From a virus, in the IMG/VR virus record IMGVR_UViG_3300045988_073124: a stretch of 18,780 bases of DNA, one strand, 5' to 3'. A program made the translations under genes and the position numbers. The notes under the pieces are model-generated. The model saw nothing but the letters and a program-made list of their open reading frames with translations, searched no databases and was not told where the DNA came from. Shown here piece after piece: positions 1 through 5,839 of this stretch (position 1 is the first letter of the stretch; every line of letters begins with the position of its first letter).

Positions 1-104
1 GGGTGTGGGTTTGTGTGAAGATTTTCCCTTGTGGTTTTTTTTATTTGTGTATTATTTTTTTTTGTTCTGTGTGGTCCTTGGTGCTTTGTTTTGTTCATGC
101 CTCT

Positions 105-133
105 ATTATATTTTTTTTACGTCTGCCTGTCAA
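105..133 (-). promoter_or_regulatory. Outward-facing consensus promoter TTGACA-17-TATAAT (left ITR copy)
   Basis: On the minus strand, TTGACA is at 133-128, followed by a 17-nt spacer and TATAAT at 110-105. This is a 12/12 match to the sigma70-type consensus and points toward genome end 1. Confidence 0.5.
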
Positions 134-164
134 TTTTTTTTATTTTTGGGCGTGTCGTTTTTTT

Positions 165-181
165 ATTGACACTGTGTCAAT
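165..181. promoter_or_regulatory. 17-bp perfect palindrome ATTGACAC-T-GTGTCAAT, a candidate operator overlapping a TTGACA -35-like hexamer
   Basis: Read directly. TTGACA at 166-171 faces inward, with only weak -10 candidates (TATATG or TATGCA) at 187-194. The mirror copy is at 18600-18616. Confidence 0.45.
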
Positions 182-210
182 GGTTGTATATGCAACAATC
201 CATGTCTGGC

Positions 211-238
211 TAAGTTACGGTTACGTAACCGTAGCTTA
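211..238. repeat. 28-bp near-perfect palindrome with an 18-bp perfect core TACGGTTACGTAACCGTA (216-233)
   Basis: Pairing checked position by position. The only mismatch is the 215/234 pair. The mirror copy is at 18543-18570. Confidence 0.85.
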
Positions 239-239
239 C

Positions 240-274
240 TTACCGTCCGGCCGGTAACTGTCTTTTATTTTTTT
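240..274 (+). terminator. Short hairpin plus long T-rich tract (terminator- or attenuator-like) inside the ITR
   Basis: TTACCG (240-245) pairs with CGGTAA (252-257) around a 6-nt loop. It is followed by CTGTC TTTT A TTTTTTT G TTTT G TTTT G TTTTT. The stem is only 6 bp. The mirror copy is at 18507-18541 on the minus strand. Confidence 0.3.
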
Positions 275-312
275 GTTTTGTTTTGTTTTTGGGCGTGTTG
301 CCTGTTTGTTTG

Positions 313-321
313 TGTTATGGT
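313..321 (+). promoter_or_regulatory. Extended -10-like element TGtTATGGT upstream of the left terminal gene
   Basis: A TG motif followed by TATGGT (T1, A2, T3 and T6 match consensus), about 35 nt upstream of ATG 356 and upstream of the SD GGAAAGGA. Confidence 0.3.
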
Positions 322-355
322 GTAGTTGTCCGCTTCAAGGGAAAGGAAAAATAAA

Positions 356-673
356 ATGTCTTTTGTTACAGATAATTTTCCCGATATTTGGGAATCTGAT
401 TCCGCAGAGTATGCGTATCTCAGCAATGTGTACAACACTACGTATTCACACAATCAAAACGTTTGGGGTTCACCTGATGAAAACAAGATTGATGGGGTCA
501 TGTATGCCGCGTGGTTGTTGATGGATGAATACTATATGCGCGGTGAATATGCCATGATTGTTGAGTGCCGACATCTGTTAACGAAACGATGCCGTGCGGA
601 ACTTCACAGCGAACACAATAGAGAGTTTTGCACCGGATTCTACACGGTTGTTGATTCCGTTTTGTCCATCTGA
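356..673 (+). CDS. Hypothetical early protein, 105 aa, acidic
   Basis: ATG at 356 is preceded by GGAAAGGAAAA, so I trimmed the track ORF 326-673 to this ATG. The start codon and SD lie inside the ITR. Confidence 0.7.
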   Translation: MSFVTDNFPDIWESDSAEYAYLSNVYNTTYSHNQNVWGSPDENKIDGVMYAAWLLMDEYYMRGEYAMIVECRHLLTKRCRAELHSEHNREFCTGFYTVVDSVLSI

Positions 674-699
674 GAGCAACTACAAGGGAGGTAAATAAA

Positions 700-942
700 A
701 TGGAAAATTATAAGCAGATCGCAGAGGAAGCGGGCCTCAGCATTGATGAAGTGCGGGGATTGATGGCACGCGCTTACGTAGAAAGGGTTGAGACTCCATA
801 CTATCGCACTGCCGAAGATGGGCGTAAGGTGGATGCGGTTGAGGTGTTTTATACCGTTTGCGCTAGGTATTGTCACCCTATTGTCGTCCTGGGAACTGGG
901 GACACTATCGCGGAAGCGGTATCTGCCGCATTGATTCACTGA
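700..942 (+). CDS. Hypothetical early protein, 80 aa, with a possible N-terminal helix-turn-helix
   Basis: Strong SD AAGGGAGG upstream of the ATG. The segment YKQIAEEAGLSIDEVRGLMARA looks HTH-like by eye only. Confidence 0.7.
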   Translation: MENYKQIAEEAGLSIDEVRGLMARAYVERVETPYYRTAEDGRKVDAVEVFYTVCARYCHPIVVLGTGDTIAEAVSAALIH

Positions 943-957
943 CTGGGGGGTATTGAC

Positions 958-1188
958 ATGTGGTATTTTACTATCACCGCAAATGGTTTTCAGGTTTTTG
1001 AGGTTTTGTCTGATTGTGTGAAGCCTAGTGGCATGTTTTGCACAGCGTCGTTGAAGTCTTCGTTGGATGGTGTGCTGTCTCATGTTCGTAGCGCTTATGT
1101 TGGGCGTAATGTGAGTGTGGATATTGATAATGCCACGTTTGATCTTGACGGGACGATGGTTGGTGTGGTGAAGGTGGTGTTGGTATGA
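958..1188 (+). CDS. Hypothetical early protein, 76 aa
   Basis: G-rich SD (GGGGGG) 7 nt upstream of the ATG. It fits the tightly packed co-directional gene array. Confidence 0.6.
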   Translation: MWYFTITANGFQVFEVLSDCVKPSGMFCTASLKSSLDGVLSHVRSAYVGRNVSVDIDNATFDLDGTMVGVVKVVLV

Positions 1189-1355
1189 TGATAGGCATGA
1201 TTGTTGCTGTCTGCATTCTTTCCGTGCTGTTTCTTACGATGGCGGCTACGGTGTTTTGCGAACTGCCGCGTAATGCGCGTGACGTTTTTTGTTTTTTGGT
1301 CATGCTCGCTGTGGGCGTGGCTATTGTGTTGGTTTCCATAGTAGGGGGGGCCTGA
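1185..1355 (+). CDS. Small membrane protein, 56 aa, two predicted TM segments (not in the ORF track)
   Basis: Hand translation gives MMIGMIVAVCILSVLFLTMAATVFCELPRNARDVFCFLVMLAVGVAIVLVSIVGGA. There is an ATGA overlap with the upstream stop, the SD AAGGTGG lies 7 nt upstream, and the stop is 1 nt before the next ATG (1357). Confidence 0.55.
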   Translation: MMIGMIVAVCILSVLFLTMAATVFCELPRNARDVFCFLVMLAVGVAIVLVSIVGGA

Positions 1356-1356
1356 G

Positions 1357-1602
1357 ATGGCTTATAATGATATGAGGGTTGCCACGTTCTCGTCTAAATA
1401 TCGTGGTGGCTATGTTGAACTGTGGTATTGTCCGCATAATCACTTGTACAAGCTTCGGTATACTGTTCAGTTCCGCACTCCAGGTGGTTTTTCCGACGCT
1501 TCGGCATGGTGTGTATATGACGCCGCTAATGAGTCTCAGATTGCCGATTTGATGCTGGACGCTATCGATATTGTTCGCACGCCCTTAATGGAGAGGAATT
1601 AG
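1357..1602 (+). CDS. Hypothetical early protein, 81 aa
   Basis: SD GGGGGGG lies 6 nt upstream of the ATG. Confidence 0.65.
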   Translation: MAYNDMRVATFSSKYRGGYVELWYCPHNHLYKLRYTVQFRTPGGFSDASAWCVYDAANESQIADLMLDAIDIVRTPLMERN

Positions 1603-1604
1603 CC

Positions 1605-1799
1605 GTGTATTTTCGTGGTTGGGTACATTCGTGGGTGTGCGGCACGTGCCCGGATGCTGATAGTTATTGGCGTTTGCGCTCGTTTTGGGCTGGTGTGAAA
1701 CGTAAGTCGGGTGTACCGAAACGGTGTCCTGATCCGCAATTGTGGCATGACATGTGGAGGCTCGGTGCCGAGTCTACTAACGAGGAAGTGGAGTTTTAG
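1605..1799 (+). CDS. Hypothetical early protein, 64 aa, Trp- and Cys-rich
   Basis: GTG start preceded by GGAGAGGA, and the gene abuts the previous stop. Confidence 0.55.
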   Translation: MYFRGWVHSWVCGTCPDADSYWRLRSFWAGVKRKSGVPKRCPDPQLWHDMWRLGAESTNEEVEF

Positions 1800-1801
1800 T
1801 C

Positions 1802-1978
1802 ATGTATGAAACTTTTGTTGCTCTCGCGTATCTGAGGCATGGTGATAAACCGCCTATTGAAGTCGGTTACGCTTCATCGTATAAGGATGCGGCAGATTTG
1901 ATTAAACAGTGGGCGGCTATCCGGTCCCATACGGAGAATATCAGTTATTTTCGCGTTGAGGAGCGATATTATGTTTAG
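1802..1978 (+). CDS. Hypothetical early protein, 58 aa (not in the ORF track)
   Basis: Hand translation gives MYETFVALAYLRHGDKPPIEVGYASSYKDAADLIKQWAAIRSHTENISYFRVEERYYV. The ATG lies 2 nt after the previous stop, with GGAG upstream. The gene overlaps the next one by 8 nt. Confidence 0.55.
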   Translation: MYETFVALAYLRHGDKPPIEVGYASSYKDAADLIKQWAAIRSHTENISYFRVEERYYV

Positions 1979-2489
1979 GCGTGGCGATGATAGGCGTCCT
2001 ATTTATCGTATGCGTGACTTTGATGATGCCATCATGGAAAGCAAGCGTATTGTCGAGGCCACGAAAGGCCATAAGCGTGAGCTGAACTTGAAGCGTTTCG
2101 ATATGGGTTTTGGTGATTTTGAAACGTGTTGCCGTGCCGTGAACATGCTATGTGAACTGTGGCGTGACGTGCCTAGTGAGTGGTTTACGCAAGCGGTGGT
2201 TGCTGTATCTCGGATATGCGGGAGTCTGACCATGGGGGACGGACTTTCTGCCGCCCTATCCCGCACGTCCGACGTCGAATATTTGGACGGTTCCGTCAAT
2301 CCGCCTGACCTGATTGCATGGTGTGCGGTCTGCGCGGTCAAGGGTGCTACGTCGTATGACTGTTGCACGGTTTTTGATAGTCCTCAAGCGGAAAAACTGA
2401 TTATTGCCGTGTTTAAAAATTTTGACAGACTCGATATGACACGTTATGATGACATTGGATTGCAAAAAATCTTACTGCAAGGGAGGTAA
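1971..2489 (+). CDS. Hypothetical early protein, 172 aa
   Basis: ATG at 1971 is preceded by GAGGAG, so I trimmed the track ORF 1956-2489. Confidence 0.75.
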   Translation: MFRRGDDRRPIYRMRDFDDAIMESKRIVEATKGHKRELNLKRFDMGFGDFETCCRAVNMLCELWRDVPSEWFTQAVVAVSRICGSLTMGDGLSAALSRTSDVEYLDGSVNPPDLIAWCAVCAVKGATSYDCCTVFDSPQAEKLIIAVFKNFDRLDMTRYDDIGLQKILLQGR

Positions 2490-2492
2490 AAA

Positions 2493-2810
2493 TTGGCTAG
2501 AACCAAAAACGAAATTTTCCGCACGCGCGTCTATGCCGTGCTCAAGGGCATGGAATTGGTGGACGGCGACTTCATGGAAGCCGAGCATGTTATCGACGGA
2601 CGTTTGAAAGACGCGCGCGCGTATTCGATTCGTGCCAAAAAACTGTTTCCGAAGTTCATTCCACGTTCAATTAATATTTTTTCTCAAAAAGTGTCTATGA
2701 ATGAAGATACTTTTTACAAGTACGCCACTTTTGAGGAACCACAGGAGTGGAACCCCGAAGAACATACAAACAAAAGACACGCCGACATTGAAAATAATGA
2801 CGGAATGTGA
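2493..2810 (+). CDS. Hypothetical protein, 105 aa; possible phi29 p6-like dsDNA-binding protein (position and size only)
   Basis: TTG start preceded by AAGGGAGG. The protein has a basic N-terminus and an acidic C-terminus. It sits immediately upstream of the SSB-TP-polymerase genes, as gene 6 does in phi29. Confidence 0.6.
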   Translation: MARTKNEIFRTRVYAVLKGMELVDGDFMEAEHVIDGRLKDARAYSIRAKKLFPKFIPRSINIFSQKVSMNEDTFYKYATFEEPQEWNPEEHTNKRHADIENNDGM

Positions 2811-2816
2811 TATAAA
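2788..2816 (+). promoter_or_regulatory. Promoter TTGAAA-17-TGaTATAAA upstream of the SSB gene
   Basis: TTGAAA at 2788-2793, a 17-nt spacer ending in TGA, and TATAAA at 2811-2816. The predicted 5' end folds into a stem-loop: 2821-2828 pairs with 2833-2840 around the loop ATAA. Confidence 0.5.
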
Positions 2817-2873
2817 AAGATTTTAGGCATAAGCCTGAAAACAAAATAACAATAATCTAGGAAAGGTTAAACA

Positions 2874-3308
2874 ATGGAAAACACCAATACCGCACTAGTC
2901 GCGTTCAACACCGAGAACACCGAACTCGGCACCGTCCAACACTTCATCGACACCTCGACCCGCGAAGGCAAGATCAAGCTCTACTCGGCATTGCAGAACG
3001 CCGAAAAACTCGACGAACACCTCAACGAGCCGCTGAACATGACGAACGCCGTCGCCCAGTCCGTGCAGGTGACCGACGACCAGACCGGCGAAATCTCCAA
3101 CACCGTGCGCGTCATCATCGTGACCGATGACGGCAACGCGTACGCGGCCACCTCCCCGACTCTCGCCGCCGGACTCAACACCATGTTCGGGATCTTCGGC
3201 ACGCCGAACACTTGGACGGAACCGCTGTGCATCAAGGTCGTCGAACGTCGCTCCCGCCGTGGTTTCAAGTTTTTCAGCATCGAGCCGGTGGACGAGAAAA
3301 CCAAGTGA
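2874..3308 (+). CDS. Putative single-stranded DNA-binding protein, 144 aa
   Basis: Good SD, and the strongest GC3 codon bias in the genome. The pattern ...TGEISNTVRVIIVTDDGNAYAATSPTLAAGLNTMFGIFGTPNTWTEPLCIKVV...GFKFFSIEPV resembles, from memory, the lactococcal phage p2 ORF34-type SSB family. It occupies the position of phi29 gene 5. Confidence 0.5.
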   Translation: MENTNTALVAFNTENTELGTVQHFIDTSTREGKIKLYSALQNAEKLDEHLNEPLNMTNAVAQSVQVTDDQTGEISNTVRVIIVTDDGNAYAATSPTLAAGLNTMFGIFGTPNTWTEPLCIKVVERRSRRGFKFFSIEPVDEKTK

Positions 3309-3311
3309 GCT

Positions 3312-3320
3312 TGCTATAAT
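3312..3320 (+). promoter_or_regulatory. Extended -10 promoter element TGcTATAAT
   Basis: Perfect TGnTATAAT in the SSB/TP intergenic spacer, with no recognisable -35. Confidence 0.45.
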
Positions 3321-3342
3321 AACCGAGTAGCGTTCATCCATA

Positions 3343-3368
3343 GAGAGCACCCAATCTTGGGTGCTCTC
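3343..3368 (+). other. Stem-loop with an 11-bp perfect stem (attenuator or leader structure) between the SSB and TP genes
   Basis: GAGAGCACCCA (3343-3353), loop ATCT, TGGGTGCTCTC (3358-3368). There is no clear U-tract. Confidence 0.6.
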
Positions 3369-3390
3369 GCCGTCTTAAGGACTGTGCCAT

Positions 3391-4353
3391 ATGTCTCGAA
3401 AGCAAAAACATGTCAAGGCACGTCAGGCCGCGCAAGCCCGTGCCGCACGCAATATCAAACAGCTTGGCGCTTACTCCCGCTCGAATCTCGCCAAAACCGC
3501 AGACAAACAACTCGTCAACATTGCGAAAACCTTGGGCAAGGAGTGGGAGCGGCAGAAGAGACAGGCCATAGCGGAGTCGAAAGCAACCCCGTATCACGCC
3601 ACCGCAGTGGAGAAGCCGACGAAAAAAGACATCATGTTCGCAGGGCGCACACCCATCACAGACGCGCAAATTGACGCGGAGCCGGTGGCGAAGCGACGTA
3701 AACTCTTGCGTCAGCAGCAGCGGAAAATCAATGCGGCACGACGGAAAATCAATGAATGGAACAAGGCCCAGGCCATGCCCGCGAAAAGCGTGTACGATCA
3801 ACGTGTGGCCGAAATCACCGGGACCACCGGTGAGGGTTTTGGACGCACTCAGATTATCCCGTCGAAACTCACCGATTTTCTGCAAATGACGAACGTGCTG
3901 TCAGACGAAGCGTTCGTGCGCTCCCAACTGGAAAACGGCCACCGCAACGAACTGCTGGATCAGATGCACGATGCCGCCGAAATACTGGGATTGCGCACCG
4001 AACGAAAAAGCAAACCGTCCAAAAACCGGAAAACAGGCAAACAGGGCAAAGACTTGTACGGCGAGCATGAATGGCCGGCATACATGTCACGCGGACGTTA
4101 TGAGGTGTTCGAGAAGATCCTGGCCACCACGCTCGGCTCGAAACGGCTGAAACGATTCCGCCAACTATCGGCAGCGCAAAAACGCGCGTTCATCGAGCAG
4201 ACGGACGCCCCAAGAATCGTGTTCGACTGGACGGTGTACGACCCAGTACGGCACGGTTTTACTTCAGTGTTCCGCGACAACAGCGAGGGCTACCAGCGTT
4301 CGCGACGGCAGTTCGACCGATGGATGATGGAAGCGGGAGCGTTGGAAAAGTAG
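3391..4353 (+). CDS. Putative terminal protein (replication primer), 320 aa
   Basis: Lies immediately upstream of the protein-primed polymerase, as phi29 gene 3 does. The protein is very basic (K/R-rich) in its N-terminal half. The genome has ITRs. I could see no sequence similarity to phi29 TP by eye. Confidence 0.5.
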   Translation: MSRKQKHVKARQAAQARAARNIKQLGAYSRSNLAKTADKQLVNIAKTLGKEWERQKRQAIAESKATPYHATAVEKPTKKDIMFAGRTPITDAQIDAEPVAKRRKLLRQQQRKINAARRKINEWNKAQAMPAKSVYDQRVAEITGTTGEGFGRTQIIPSKLTDFLQMTNVLSDEAFVRSQLENGHRNELLDQMHDAAEILGLRTERKSKPSKNRKTGKQGKDLYGEHEWPAYMSRGRYEVFEKILATTLGSKRLKRFRQLSAAQKRAFIEQTDAPRIVFDWTVYDPVRHGFTSVFRDNSEGYQRSRRQFDRWMMEAGALEK

Positions 4354-4380
4354 CGGCAGTCAATCAAAGAAAGTTGTACC

Positions 4381-5832
4381 ATGACCAGGCAAGATAAAAG
4401 AGTGGGATTGTGGTGCGCGGATAACGTCATACGCTTCACGGACGGCACCGTCCTGCGTGACGTCACCGCGCCTGACTGCCTTCTGGCGTACATCATGTCA
4501 GGCGGCAAACTCACTATATACGTGACCGACCCAGACACTTTAGATCCGTTTATTGCGCACGTCGTACACTCATTGCCCCACAACGAACACAATGCTAATC
4601 TGAGCTGGGACGCCATCATCTCGAAAAAAGGCAAATTTTTCAGCTTCACGGTGCGTATCGACCGTGAGAACTCGGCACGATTCTTCGACGTTTCCAACCT
4701 GTTGCGAGAGAATTGCCGTATCACCATGACCGGTACGCAATTGCTCAACATTCTGCGCGAATACGATAGTCGCGGTTTGTGCAAGATCACGGCGGGTGGG
4801 GCGAGCATGGAGGCTTTCGCGTCCGGCGAATGGAAATGGTATTACGACAAATTCCCCCAACTCGAAACCGAAACCAAAAAGTCATTGCATGACGCCTATA
4901 TCGGCGGTTTCATGATCGCAAGAGAAGGGGCGTATGGCAAGGCCATCGACGTTGACTGCAATAGCATGTATCCGAGCATATTACGCGATGAATGGCTCCC
5001 GTGGGGCGAACCCGAACCGTACGAAGGCGACTATGAGGAAGATAGCGACATGCCATTGCATTGCGATGAACTCACGTTTCGTGCGGAATTGAAGCCGGAC
5101 GGATACCCCTTTTTATTGGACAATCGCAGTATATACGGACTCAACCGGCTCACTTCCACTCGCGGATATGTCACGCGCGTATTGACCGACATTGACCAAC
5201 AGCTTTTATACGAGAATTATGACGTGAACGTCTACAAGCACGTTAGAGGGTGGAAATTCCGCCGCTCCAAGGGCTTTTTTCGCTCGTTCGTCGATGAATG
5301 GGGGGGGTTGAAGCAGAAGGCGACGGGAGAGAAACGGCAGATGGCGAAACTGATTATGAACGCGCTCGTCGGTAAGATGGCGAGTCTACCCAAGGGTTCC
5401 GTCATGCTCCCCACCTCCAAAGACGGCGTTACATTGGACTGGGACGTCGCGCAACGTGAGGAATCGAATCTGAAAACCGACTATCTGCCCGTGCCCGTGT
5501 GGGTCAACGCCTACGCACGCCGCAAGCTTATGGACGTGTGCCATGCGAACGCCGATCGGCTATTGTATGCGAATACGGACGGTTGTATTTTGAGCGGTTG
5601 GGAGCCGGTGGAATCATGCGACATACACCCGACCGAACTTGGCAAGTGGAAAATCGCCGCACGATATGAGAAGTTGACTATCCTGGGTATGAACCGGTAT
5701 CAGGGATGGAGAGAAGACGGAGAGGTTGACGTCTGCATGGCCGGAAACATGTTTTCCCAGCCCATCCCCTACGAGAAGTTTAGGCATGGAACGCAGATCA
5801 TGGATGATTACGGCACAATGGTCATGCTATAA
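4381..5832 (+). CDS. Family-B protein-primed DNA polymerase, 483 aa
   Basis: Motifs align to phi29 DNAP: ITAGGASM ((S/T)Lx2h), YIGGF (YxGG), DCNSMYPS (motif A), KLIMNALVGK (motif B) and YANTDG (motif C). There is enough spacing between motifs A and B for a TPR1-like insertion. Confidence 0.9.
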   Translation: MTRQDKRVGLWCADNVIRFTDGTVLRDVTAPDCLLAYIMSGGKLTIYVTDPDTLDPFIAHVVHSLPHNEHNANLSWDAIISKKGKFFSFTVRIDRENSARFFDVSNLLRENCRITMTGTQLLNILREYDSRGLCKITAGGASMEAFASGEWKWYYDKFPQLETETKKSLHDAYIGGFMIAREGAYGKAIDVDCNSMYPSILRDEWLPWGEPEPYEGDYEEDSDMPLHCDELTFRAELKPDGYPFLLDNRSIYGLNRLTSTRGYVTRVLTDIDQQLLYENYDVNVYKHVRGWKFRRSKGFFRSFVDEWGGLKQKATGEKRQMAKLIMNALVGKMASLPKGSVMLPTSKDGVTLDWDVAQREESNLKTDYLPVPVWVNAYARRKLMDVCHANADRLLYANTDGCILSGWEPVESCDIHPTELGKWKIAARYEKLTILGMNRYQGWREDGEVDVCMAGNMFSQPIPYEKFRHGTQIMDDYGTMVML

Positions 5833-5833
5833 T
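5825..5833 (+). promoter_or_regulatory. Extended -10 promoter element TGcTATAAT
   Basis: Perfect TGnTATAAT overlapping the polymerase stop codon. Confidence 0.45.
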
Positions 5834-5839
5834 ACTTGT

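Larger units (their letters stand above)
1..358. repeat. Left inverted terminal repeat (ITR), 358 bp
   Basis: Bases 1-358 are the exact reverse complement of 18423-18780. Positions 3-257 are confirmed by identical ORF-track translations at both ends, and 258-358 were compared by hand. Identity stops immediately after a shared ATG (356-358 and 18425-18423). The terminus reads 5'-GGGTGTGGGTTTGTGTG. Confidence 0.97.

Noticed and set aside
3-257. Track ORFs of 84 aa and 60 aa (3-257 and 31-213, mirrored at 18524-18778 and 18568-18750) inside the ITRs.
   Set aside because: The translations are Phe/Cys/Val/Leu strings that follow directly from the G/T-only strand composition. There is no SD. The region is filled with promoter, palindrome and T-tract signals and lies at the replication origin. 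I treat it as non-coding.
1025-1339. A 104-aa minus-strand ORF in the early region.
   Set aside because: It overlaps two SD-led + strand genes (958-1188 and the hand-found 1185-1355) in a strictly co-directional array.
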